From Methylorubrum extorquens (GTDB taxonomy: Bacteria; Pseudomonadota; Alphaproteobacteria; Rhizobiales; Beijerinckiaceae), in NCBI GenBank assembly GCA_900234795.1, contig LT962688.1, positions 4,950,001 through 4,982,000 of the forward strand: DNA of 32,000 bases, in the 5' to 3' direction. The notes under the pieces are model-generated. The model was not told the origin of the DNA. It saw only the letters and a program-made list of their open reading frames with translations, and searched no databases. This document shows, in pieces, positions 16,685 to 25,300 of this stretch (the first letter of the stretch is position 1; every line of letters starts with the position of its first letter). A program made the translations under genes and the position numbers.

Positions 16685-16916
16685 ATGAAACATCCGATTC
16701 TGACCGCTGCCGTCCTCGCTCTCGGCGCGGCCGTTCTGGCCGGCCCGGTCGAGGCTAAGGGCTGTCTCAAGGGCGCCGTCGTCGGCGGCGCGGCGGGCAG
16801 CATGGCCGGCCACGGCAAGGCCGGTGCCGCTGCCGGTTGCGTCATCGGCCACCACGAGGCTAACAAAAAAGGACAAGTCCGGCGGTCAGAGCCCGCAACA
16901 GGGCTCCGCGAAGTAA
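16685..16916 (+). pseudogene. Small secreted glycine-rich (glycine-zipper-like) protein, frame broken by a +1 in an A6 run (16865-16870)
   Basis: MKHPILTAAVLALGAAVLAGPVEA is a signal peptide, followed by GAVVGGAAGSMAGHGKAGAAAGCVIGHHEANKK. With one A removed the frame ends as ..KKDKSGGQSPQQGSAK-TAA (16914-16916). As given, the frame runs on into the next gene. Confidence 0.55.
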
Positions 16917-16930
16917 GGCTGTCCTCCCCG

Positions 16931-17200
16931 GTGCCACGCTACTTCTTTCACACCCGCATCGGCACCGACGCCCTCACGGACGACGAGGGCGTGGAGCTGC
17001 GCGATCCCGATCAGGCCTGGCGTGTGGCGCGGGCAACGATCCGTGCCAGCCTGGAGGAAGAGGGCAGCGACCCGCGGCTGGTCACAGCGATCCTCGTCGT
17101 CACCGACGAGGCCGGGGATGTCGTCCTGGAATTCCCCTTCGCCGAGGCGATCCCTGAACCGGGTGCCGAGCCCGAGCCGGGGGAGGGGACACTGCATTGA
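16931..17200 (+). CDS. DUF6894-like small protein (89 aa, GTG start)
   Basis: VPRYFFHTRIGTDALTDDEGVELRDPDQAWRVARATIRASLEEEG... matches my recollection of the MPRYFFH..G....D.EG.ELPD pattern of DUF6894 proteins, which are common in Methylobacterium and Bradyrhizobium. Confidence 0.6.
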   Translation: MPRYFFHTRIGTDALTDDEGVELRDPDQAWRVARATIRASLEEEGSDPRLVTAILVVTDEAGDVVLEFPFAEAIPEPGAEPEPGEGTLH

Positions 17201-17216
17201 GGGTGAGGCGGGTGTT

Positions 17217-18065
17217 CTACTCCGCCGGCCCGAGCCGCTCGGTTCTGAAGGCACCGTAGCCGCTGCGGGCCAGCCGCTCGGCGAGAGCCGGCATGAACAG
17301 TTCCGCTTCCGCCGCCAGGGTCCAGGGCGGGTTGATGACCACGAGGCCGGTGCCGGTCAGGCGTGTCGGATCGTCGGGCCGCTCGATCATCAGGTCGAGG
17401 CGCAATGCGGGCCGCTCCAGCCCCGCATCGAGCGCCGCCGCCATACGATCGACCCCGGACACGTCCTTGATCGGATACCAGCCGAGATAGATCCCGGTCG
17501 GCCATTTCCGCGCGGCCTTCAGCAAGTGAGCGCCCAAACGGTCGATCTCGCCGCGTTCCTCGTAGGGCGGATCGATCAGCACGAGGCCCCGGCGCTCCGG
17601 CGGCGGGATCAGGGCGTTGAGCGCGGTCCAGCCGTCGAGATGCATCACCTTCGTGCGGGAATCGCTGGCGTAGCGCCCTGCGAGCGTCTGCGCGTCGGCC
17701 GGATGCAACTCCACGAAGACGCCCTTGTCGCCGGCCCGCAGGGCTTCGCGGATGATCGCGGGTGAACCGGGATAGGTGGTGGCACCAAACCGCGCCCGCA
17801 CGGCGGCAACCGCCTCGCGGTAGGGCGTGAGCAAGGCCTCGACCTCGGGCGCGAACGGCACGTCGAGCCGGCCGAAGCCATCGTGCCACTCGCCCGTGCG
17901 CCCGGCCTCGTCCGCTTCGAGGTCGTAGACGCCGAGGCCCGCATGGGTGTCGATGGCGCGGAACGGTTTGTCCTTGGCGCAGAGATGGACGAGCACGCGG
18001 GTCAGCACGAGGTGCTTGAGCACATCTGCGAAATTGCCGGCGTGGAAGGCGTGACGGTAGTTCAG
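17217..18065 (-). CDS. rlmJ: 23S rRNA (adenine2030-N6)-methyltransferase RlmJ; conserved N-terminus begins at a CTG codon (18065)
   Basis: The ORF track starts at the GTG at 18023 (MLKHLV...). The 14 codons upstream read LNYRHAFHAGNFAD, which is the conserved RlmJ N-terminus (E. coli ..SYRHSFHAGNHADVLKH). An in-frame TGA lies 6 codons further upstream. There is no ATG/GTG/TTG at the expected position. Confidence 0.8.
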   Translation of the reverse strand: MNYRHAFHAGNFADVLKHLVLTRVLVHLCAKDKPFRAIDTHAGLGVYDLEADEAGRTGEWHDGFGRLDVPFAPEVEALLTPYREAVAAVRARFGATTYPGSPAIIREALRAGDKGVFVELHPADAQTLAGRYASDSRTKVMHLDGWTALNALIPPPERRGLVLIDPPYEERGEIDRLGAHLLKAARKWPTGIYLGWYPIKDVSGVDRMAAALDAGLERPALRLDLMIERPDDPTRLTGTGLVVINPPWTLAAEAELFMPALAERLARSGYGAFRTERLGPAE

Positions 18066-18387
18066 GGCGCGGGTCCAGGATCAGGAGAGGCGACGTCGAA
18101 GGCTTGCTGAGCTGAGGGCACGGCGCCGTCATCGTTGACGGGCGGAAGTGCAACCGCTCATACGTAGTCGTGTCGGACGTGAACCTTGCCGGTTGCGACG
18201 GCCCCGTGGCCAGCGGGGCTTGCGGTGGAGCCAGCCGGCCACCGCCCATCGCGAGCAGGCGAACCGGGAAGGAGGTGAGAGAATGTGATCGGTTTCCCGA
18301 TTGCGGTCAGCATCACCGTGACGAAAACGCGAGATGGTTGGCGCTTAGCCATCCACCTCGCGCTGATCTGATCAGGATCGTCTGACA

Positions 18388-18419
18388 GGAGGCCGGCGGG
18401 CTGCCACCTGCCGGCCTCC
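18388..18419 (-). terminator. Strong GC hairpin 80 nt downstream of the RNase T2 stop (no U tract)
   Basis: ggaggccggc (18388-18397) pairs with gccggcctcc (18410-18419), a 10-bp perfect stem extendable by 2-3 pairs. There is no T tract on either side, so a terminator role is tentative. Confidence 0.3.
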
Positions 18420-18500
18420 ACCCACAACATAATGTCGTTCTGCGGAATTCCACAATCCGTGGACTTCGGGCTTCACACAATCCGACGGAATGTCCGCGCC

Positions 18501-19175
18501 TTACCGCGCCGCGTCGACCGACACCTCGCCGGCCCGGCAGTTCTGGCGCGCCACCTCGGGGCAGGGGGTGAAGCCGCGCAGATCCTTCGAGAAGCAGATC
18601 CGCACGTCCTGCAATTGCCCGCGGCGGCAGGTCACCGACATCATGTCTGGGCGCAGGCCCTTATTGGCCATCACGAACTGGCGGGCGATCTCGATCGGGG
18701 CGGCGCGCAGGCTTGCATCTGGCTTGGTGAAGGCCTCGGGGATCGTCACCGCCTCGCGCGCCGTCTTCACCGCCTTGAAATAGGCGAGGGGATCGAGGCC
18801 GGAGCAGGTGCCGTGGGTGCGCCACTCGTGGCGTGCCAGCCCCTCGCTCGGCATGATCTCGCCCGCAGCCTCGACCGCGTTGCGGGTTAACGGGCGCTCC
18901 ACCGCCGAGCAGTTCGAGGGAAAGCCGCGCTCGTATTGCGGCCACAGCCCGTGCACCACGAAGCCGAGTCCGCGGCCCGGGGCGCATTGCCCGTTCCGGT
19001 CGCGGCGCGCACCCTCGCCATCGCAATAGGTCGGCGACCACGACAGCGACAGCACGTAGAAGTCGAAGCTGCCGGGCTCGCCGCCGCGGCGGAACCCGCC
19101 GAAATCCTGCGCGCCCGCACCGGAGGTCAGGGTCAGCCCGAGGGCCAGGGCGACGAGGGGGCGGAGGCGGGGCAT
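18501..19175 (-). CDS. Secreted ribonuclease T2 family (RNase I-like)
   Basis: It has a signal peptide (LVALALGLTLTSGAGA) and the CAS I / CAS II motifs FVVHGLWPQ and HEWRTHGTC with conserved cysteines. Confidence 0.9.
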   Translation of the reverse strand: MPRLRPLVALALGLTLTSGAGAQDFGGFRRGGEPGSFDFYVLSLSWSPTYCDGEGARRDRNGQCAPGRGLGFVVHGLWPQYERGFPSNCSAVERPLTRNAVEAAGEIMPSEGLARHEWRTHGTCSGLDPLAYFKAVKTAREAVTIPEAFTKPDASLRAAPIEIARQFVMANKGLRPDMMSVTCRRGQLQDVRICFSKDLRGFTPCPEVARQNCRAGEVSVDAAR

Positions 19176-19206
19176 GGAAGGGACTCGGGGGCGGCGGGAC
19201 GCCTCA

Positions 19207-19239
19207 GGACGATGCCGGGCGCGGGTTGCAAGTCAAGCT
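19207..19239 (-). promoter_or_regulatory. Promoter-like bipartite motif AAGCTTGACTTG-N13-GCATCGTC upstream of the RNase T2 gene
   Basis: The minus strand reads AAGCTTGACTTGcaacccgcgcccgGCATCGTC and ends 31 nt before the ATG at 19175. It has TTGACT-N17-ATCGTC geometry. An identical 12+8 nt motif with identical spacing occurs at 19828-19860. Confidence 0.4.
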
Positions 19240-19274
19240 TGCATCCGCGCGCTGCTCCCGCTTTCCCGCGCCGA

Positions 19275-19742
19275 TCAGGGCCGCGCCATCCGGCAGGCGG
19301 TGGCGTAGGCGTAGGCGTTGTTGCGGTCGAGGCCGTGGACGCAGAAATCGACGCCCCATGTCGAGCCGATGATGCCGAGGCTCTCGCGCACCGAGTAATC
19401 GACCTTGCGCCGCACCCCGTCTGACGTGGTGGCGAGGGCCGAGCAGAAGCGGCGCGGGATGAAGTCGACGCCGTAGGGGCGCCACGCCGTGCGCTCGATC
19501 CGCTCGTAGGAGACGATCGTCAGCGACGAGTTCCAGAACTTCGCCTCCTTCTCGGCGAACTGGGTCGAGACCTTCTCCAGAACGTCGGCGTCCTGGCAGC
19601 CGGGAATGTCGGCGTCGTAGGGGAAGGTCTGCTCCTCGGCCGGCGAGATTTCCTCGCGGCCGGAGCGGGCGAGTGCCGGCAGCACGGACGAGGCCGTGAC
19701 GAGGCCGAGCGCCAGGACGGCGAGGGGAAGGTTCGGGCGCAT
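19275..19742 (-). CDS. Exported conserved hypothetical protein (155 aa from the ATG at 19742)
   Basis: MRPNLPLAVLALGLVTASSVLPALA is a signal peptide. The mature domain has 4 Cys (PGCQD..., RRFCSA, DFCVHG, ATACRM). The ORF track extends to 19814, but the extension precedes the signal peptide. Confidence 0.6.
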   Translation of the reverse strand: MRPNLPLAVLALGLVTASSVLPALARSGREEISPAEEQTFPYDADIPGCQDADVLEKVSTQFAEKEAKFWNSSLTIVSYERIERTAWRPYGVDFIPRRFCSALATTSDGVRRKVDYSVRESLGIIGSTWGVDFCVHGLDRNNAYAYATACRMARP

Positions 19743-19827
19743 GCCGCTCAGATCCGCCAGTTGAGGGTGCCGTAGCGCGACGCAGGCCCGTTCAGGGCTT
19801 GGCGCAGCGGGCACCGGATGGGCGAAA

Positions 19828-19860
19828 GACGATGCGCTGCGCTTGGCTCAAGTCAAGCTT
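19828..19860 (-). promoter_or_regulatory. Second copy of AAGCTTGACTTG-N13-GCATCGTC, upstream of the exported hypothetical gene
   Basis: The minus strand reads AAGCTTGACTTGagccaagcgcagcGCATCGTC and ends 85 nt before the ATG at 19742. Confidence 0.4.
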
Positions 19861-19922
19861 CGACCGGGCGCGCGCGCCGCTTTTGGTCCGGGCTGGGGTG
19901 CGCCGGGCACACCCCTGAAGGA

Positions 19923-20912
19923 TTAATAGATCGGCTCGTCCGAAGCGTGGTCCGAGGCATGGGGCGCGGCCAGCGACAGCGGCGCGTAGGCCGCGTCATG
20001 CGCCGGAACCGGGGAGCGGGGCCGGCTCGGGGCCGGAGCGGCGGCATAGGCCGTCGGCGCCGGGGCGGCCGGCGCGCGGGCGACGCGCGTTCCGGTCGTG
20101 CGCGAGGAGGTCGGCGCGACGCCGTAGGGATCGTCCTCTTCGACGTCGATCGGGGCCTGGGTCGGGACGGTCTGGCGCGCAGGCGGGCGCGGCGAGGCCA
20201 GCGGCCGCGGCGAGCCGTCGGCAAGATTGAGCTGCGACTCGAACTTCAGCAGCGGCTTGCAGATCCGCTTCAGGCCGCGCGGGTCGTGCATCGCCAAATC
20301 GACGTGGATGTGGTCGTAGTGGAACACGTTGGAACCCGGCGCCAGCACGGTCGAGAACCGGGCGCAGGCCCCGACGAACACCTCGCGCAGGAAGGCCTGT
20401 TCGGCCTCGGTGCCGCGCCAGCCGCCCTTGACGGTGATGACGTGCCCGTCGGCGAGCGTGAAGGACATGATGTCGAGCGCGTTGCCGAACGAATGCTCGG
20501 AGAGCTTGGCGCCGGCTTGGTTGTTGCGGCCGCGGCAGGAATAGGTGCCCGCGTTGATCTCGGCCACCGGCACGCCGAAATAGAGGTTGGCGGCGGGCTG
20601 AATCGTATCGGCGAGCCACGCCTCGGCCTCGGCGAGCGCCGGGCAGGCCAGCGTCATCCGCTGCTTGAGCGCCACCGTGCCGCCGCCGAGCCGGGTGACC
20701 TTGAACGGCTGCTGCATGCCGCAGGGGCCGGGGCCGTCGATCTCCTTGGCGAGCGAGACATAGGCCGTCGGCTGCACGAGCTTGCGCGCGATGCACATCT
20801 GTTCGGCTTGATCGCGCCATGCTTCCCGGCGCTCGAACCGGTTGATCGCACAGCCCGTGAGCCCCGCGCCGAACAGCACCAGAGCCGAGAACGCTAACGC
20901 TTTACGCCACAT
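19923..20912 (-). CDS. Extensin-like C-terminal-domain lipoprotein with a Pro/Ala-rich tail
   Basis: MWRKALAFSALVLFGAGLTGC contains a lipobox. The core ...SEHSFGNALDIMSFTLADGHVITV...FSTVLAPGSNVFHYDHIHVDL matches my recollection of the extensin-like C-terminal family. The ORF track starts at the GTG at 20930; I prefer the ATG at 20912. Confidence 0.7.
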   Translation of the reverse strand: MWRKALAFSALVLFGAGLTGCAINRFERREAWRDQAEQMCIARKLVQPTAYVSLAKEIDGPGPCGMQQPFKVTRLGGGTVALKQRMTLACPALAEAEAWLADTIQPAANLYFGVPVAEINAGTYSCRGRNNQAGAKLSEHSFGNALDIMSFTLADGHVITVKGGWRGTEAEQAFLREVFVGACARFSTVLAPGSNVFHYDHIHVDLAMHDPRGLKRICKPLLKFESQLNLADGSPRPLASPRPPARQTVPTQAPIDVEEDDPYGVAPTSSRTTGTRVARAPAAPAPTAYAAAPAPSRPRSPVPAHDAAYAPLSLAAPHASDHASDEPIY

Positions 20913-21019
20913 GGACGCGACGATGCGCACCGTCCCGTAAACGAGGCGCTAACGATGCGCGATCGGATCCGCCCCCATGTGGAGCGCTGTTGACAGATTC
21001 GACACGGACCGTGACTCGG

Positions 21020-22261
21020 ATGGGCATGATCTCGCTTCTCGACATCCGCGCCCGTGTCGCGGACGGCACCCTTTCGGCGGCGGACGCGATTCAGACGGCG
21101 CGCGAGCGGATCGCCGCGCGCGACCCCGCCATCGGCGCCGTGCTGCGCCTTGCGCCCGAGACGACGGCCGTCCCCGCGCGTGGGCCGCTTGCCGGCATCG
21201 CGGTGGGGATCAAGGACATCATCGACACCGCCGACATGGCGACGGAGGCCGGCTCGGAGATCTATGCTGGCTGGCGACCCAGGGCCGACGCGGCGATCGT
21301 GTCGCGGCTGCGCGCGCTCGGCGCCGTGCCCCTCGCCAAGACCGCGACCACGGCCTTTGCCGGCCTCGACCCCGCCGCCACCGTAAACCCGCACGATCCC
21401 GGCCATACGCCGGGCGGCTCCTCCTCGGGCTCGGCCGCGGCGGTCGCCGCCGGGATGCTGCCCCTGGCGCTCGGCACCCAGACCGGCGGCTCGGTGATCC
21501 GTCCGGCGGCCTTCTGCGGGATCGCGGCGATCAAGCCGTCGTTCCGGCTGCTGCCGACGGTCGGGGTCAAGACCTTCTCCTGGGCGCTCGACACGGTCGG
21601 CCTGTTCGGCGCCTCCGTCGCCGACATCGCCCACGCGCTCGCGTTGATCGCGGACCGGCCCGGCATCGAGGCGCCCGCCCCGGAGCACCCGCGCCTTGCC
21701 CTCTGCCTTCAGGATTTCGCGGGGAGCGCCGACGCGGACGCGCTCGCGGCGCTCGATCACGCGGCCCGTGCCGCCGAGCGGGCCGGAGCGGTTCTGCGCG
21801 ATCTCGTCCTGCCGGAACCCTTCGCACGCGCCTGGGCCGCGCACCCGACCGTGCAGGATTTCGAGGCGCGCCAAGCGCTCGCCTGGGAATATGCCGAACA
21901 CCGGGAGGCGCTGCCGCCGGTGCTGCGCGGCCAACTCGACCGGGCGCAGGATCTCAGCGCCGCCGATTACGACGCCGCCCGCCGCGAGGCGCACCGGGCG
22001 CGCCGCCTGCTCAAGGAGCTGTTCGCGGATGTCGATGCGATCCTCACGGTGTCCAGCGTCGGTCGCGCGCCCAAGGGGCTCGGTTCGACCGGGGATGCCC
22101 GCTTCAACCGCCTCTGGACCCTGATGGGCGTGCCCTGCGTCACCGTTCCGGTGCCGGGCGACGGGCTGCCGCTCGGCGTTCAGGTGATCGCCCGGTTCGG
22201 CGACGATGGACGGGCGCTCGCCGTCGCGCGGATTATCGAGGGGGCGCTGGCGCGGGCATAG
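21020..22261 (+). CDS. Amidase signature (AS) family amidase
   Basis: GIKDIIDT, the GGSSSGSAAAVAAG signature, and GTQTGGSVIRPAAFCG are present. The ORF track uses the TTG at 20990; the ATG at 21020 or 21026 is more likely. Confidence 0.85.
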   Translation: MGMISLLDIRARVADGTLSAADAIQTARERIAARDPAIGAVLRLAPETTAVPARGPLAGIAVGIKDIIDTADMATEAGSEIYAGWRPRADAAIVSRLRALGAVPLAKTATTAFAGLDPAATVNPHDPGHTPGGSSSGSAAAVAAGMLPLALGTQTGGSVIRPAAFCGIAAIKPSFRLLPTVGVKTFSWALDTVGLFGASVADIAHALALIADRPGIEAPAPEHPRLALCLQDFAGSADADALAALDHAARAAERAGAVLRDLVLPEPFARAWAAHPTVQDFEARQALAWEYAEHREALPPVLRGQLDRAQDLSAADYDAARREAHRARRLLKELFADVDAILTVSSVGRAPKGLGSTGDARFNRLWTLMGVPCVTVPVPGDGLPLGVQVIARFGDDGRALAVARIIEGALARA

Positions 22262-22348
22262 AGCCTCGTTCGGAGCGGCTTTGTCCTACGGCGCTCAAGG
22301 CCGAATGGAAGTCAGGGTGCCGCCGGAGCTGTTGCCGACCCCCGTGCG

Positions 22349-25300
22349 TCAGGGCGGCGTCTCTCGATCCTTGGTTTGACGCGCCGCCTTGCGCCGTTCC
22401 GTGAGCGGCAGGTCGATCGAGCAGTGCAGAGCGGTCTCGCTCAGTTCGTAGCGCGTGCGCGCGTCGAGGGCGTAGGGCAGCGCCTTCTCGATCAGCTCGC
22501 GCCCGTAGCCGCGCCGTTGCGCGGCGCCCTCCTCGCGCGGGCGCTCGATCTCCGTCTCGCTCCAATGCAGGGCGAGCCGCATCCGGTCGTCCTCGGTATA
22601 GGTGCGCCACGTCACGCTCAGCCGCCCCGTATCTCCGGAGAGGGCACCGTATTTGCGGGCGTTGGTGGCGAGTTCGTGCAGGGCCAGCGCGAAGGTCTGC
22701 ACCGTCGCCTTGCGCAGCCGCACGGAGGGACCGTCGAGATAGATGCGGTCGGAGGCCTCCCAGGCCCCGAGGGCGTCGAGCTCTGTGGCGATGAGGGCGT
22801 GCAGGGTGATCGGCTCGATGGTGGAGCGGGAAAGCAGGCCCTGCACCCGCGAGAGCACCGCGAGCCGGTCGTAGAACCGCGCGCGGAACATCGGCATGGA
22901 ATCGCTTCGGGCCATGGTCTGCTCGGCCAGCGAGCGCACCACCGTGATGAGGTTGCGCGTGCGGTGCTGCAACTCGGCCACCATCACGCCCTGCTGCTCC
23001 TGCAGCTGCCGCAGGTCGTCGATGTCGGTCGAGGTGCCCAGCCACTCGACGATGTCGCTGCCCTCGCGCAGCGGCAGGGCGCGCGACTGGAACCAGCGAT
23101 ACCGGCCCTCGGGGGCGTGACGGATTCGGTAGTCGACAGCCAGCACCTCGGCCGCGGCGGCGCCGCTCCAGGCATTCTGGGCCCGGTCGCGATCCTCGGG
23201 GTGAACCGCGTCGAGCCAGCCGAAGCCGCGGCTCTCGGCCTCGGTCTGGCCGGTGTAGCGGCACCATTGCGGGCTCGCCCAGCTCCACGCGCCGCCATCG
23301 CCCGCCCGCCAGACGAGTTGGGGGATGCCTTCGACCAGGGCGCGCTGCCGGGCTTCGCTCGTGCGCAGCTCCGTTTCGGCCTGCGCCCGCTCGGCCGCCT
23401 CCCAGGTCCGCGCGGCCACCTCCTCGATCAGGGTCGTCTCGGAGCGCGTCCACGTCCGGGGCTGACGATGGGTCAGGTAGAGGACGGTACGGACCCGGCC
23501 GTCGCGGACCAGCGGCACCGCCACGAAGCTACCGACGGCGCCCTGTTGCCAGACGCCGGGGGCCGCGACGGCCGCGGCATCGTCCACGATGATCGTCTCG
23601 CCGTTCCGCAGCCGATCGAGAACCGCCCGGCCGAAGGCCGTGATGGGCAGGGGGCCGAGCCGAGCCTCGGACTCGGCGTGATAGCCGACCTGCCGCTCGA
23701 TCTGCTTCCCGTCCGCGGAGAGGCGCGCGTAGCCGACCCGTCCGGCGCCCAGATGGCGCCCCAGCGCCTCGACCACGGTCTGAAGGGCGGCCTGCGGGTC
23801 GGTCTGGTCCTGAAGCCGGTCGGCGAGGTCGAGAAGGAAGGCCTGCCGTGCCTCCTCCGCCCGCAGGCTCTGGGCGGCGATGTGCTGGTCGTGGATGTCC
23901 GTGGCGGCGCCGATCCAGCGCGTGATCCGCCCTTCCGCGTCCCGTGCCGGGGCGTGGCGGATCAGGAACCACCGAAAGGGGCCGTCGCGGCGGCGGATGC
24001 GCTGCTGCCGCTCCACCGGCCGGCCGGTGGTGAAGGCTTCCGTGAAGATGCGCTTCGTCTCCTCCCTCTCGTCGGTCGGGATAGTGGCCAGCCAACCGCC
24101 GTTCTGGACCTCGTCCTGCGTCTGGCCGGTATAGGCGCCCCATTGCTGGTTTACGACGATGACCTTGCCCTCGGGATCGCAGTTCCAGAGTAGGCTCGGC
24201 ACGAGTTCGGCGAGGGTCCGGAAGCGCTCCTCGCTCTCGCGCAGGGTGTCGGCGGTGCGCTTGCTCAGCAGGGCCTGGAGGATGGCCGGGGCGAGAGCCT
24301 CGGCGGCCTCGAGATCCTCCGACCGGTATCCGCCCGCGCGGTTGCCGAGCCCGATCATGCCGATGGTCTGTCCGTTCCGCTTCAGCGGGACGCCGAGAAA
24401 GGCCTGCAGGCTCGGGTGGCCCGCCGGTGTCCCGATCCGGTCCGGGTGCGAGCCGGGATCGTTGGCGATGAGGCTTTTCCCGTCGCGCAGCACGCGGCCG
24501 TAGAGACCGTGGATCTTGAGCCCTTTCGGGCCGACGCCCTTGGAAAAAGCGGAGTTCTCCATCGCGAAGTGCTGCCAGCCGCGATCGCTGATGGAGAGTT
24601 CGTCGAACCGGTCGTTCTCGTGATCGACCTCCCCCATGAAGCTGAAGGCGCTCTGCGTCACATCCTCGGCGACCGCGAGGCAGACGCGGCCGAGTTCCTC
24701 TTCCGTAGGGGCGGTCAACGCCTCACGGAAGATGCGGTTGATCCCTTCGAGCACCGCGTTCTTGCGCCGGATGTCCGCTTCCGCCCGGCCGCGCTCGACC
24801 GCCGACCAGATCCGCTCGGCCACCTCCCGCAGCAATCCCAGGTCGGCGCCCGTCCAATCGCGTGGGGTCGAGTGGGTGACCCAGAGCGCGCCGACTAGGC
24901 TGCCGTTCTTGATGAGCGGTGTGCCCATGCAGGCGCCGATCTGCAGAGCGGCGAAGGCAGGACGGCTCGCCTCCGGAACCGAAGCCTGTGTGTCGGCCAG
25001 GACGTGGCACTCCCCGCGGCGGAGGATCTCGGCGGACCATGCGAAGTCCGCGAGCCTGTGCTCGCCGGCGATCGAGGGCGCATCGCCGCGAACGTGGTCC
25101 CACGCGATCCGGATGATCCCGGCAGCTTCGTCGGCGGTCGCGTAGTAGCACCGGTCCACATCCAGCCGCTCGCCCACCAGCCGGCATGCCGCGCTCTGGA
25201 TCGCCTCCGGATCGGTCAGCGAGCGCACCGCATCGCTCAGCGCCAGGAGGAAGGCCTGCCGCTCCTCGCGATCACGCAGGGCCATCTCGGCGACTTTGCG

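Noticed and set aside
14936-16876. 646-aa minus-strand ORF
   Set aside because: It is antisense to glcD and the small downstream gene, with a low-complexity Gly/Arg/Asp/Ala composition.
17011-18249. 412-aa minus-strand ORF
   Set aside because: It is the +1 frame of rlmJ and is Arg/Pro-rich. Only its first about 22 codons (from the ATG at 18132) are considered, as a possible rlmJ N-terminal extension (see finding).
18158-18430. 90-aa minus-strand ORF in the RNase T2-rlmJ gap
   Set aside because: About a third of its codons end in A/T in a genome where real genes are strongly GC3-biased. It has no motifs or signal peptide, and it spans the GC hairpin.
19818-22404. ORFs 19818..20897 (+), 19996..20820 (-), 20894..21994 (-) and 20977..22404 (+)
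   Set aside because: They are antisense or alternate frames of the extensin-like lipoprotein and amidase genes. They are Arg/Gly-rich and lack motifs.
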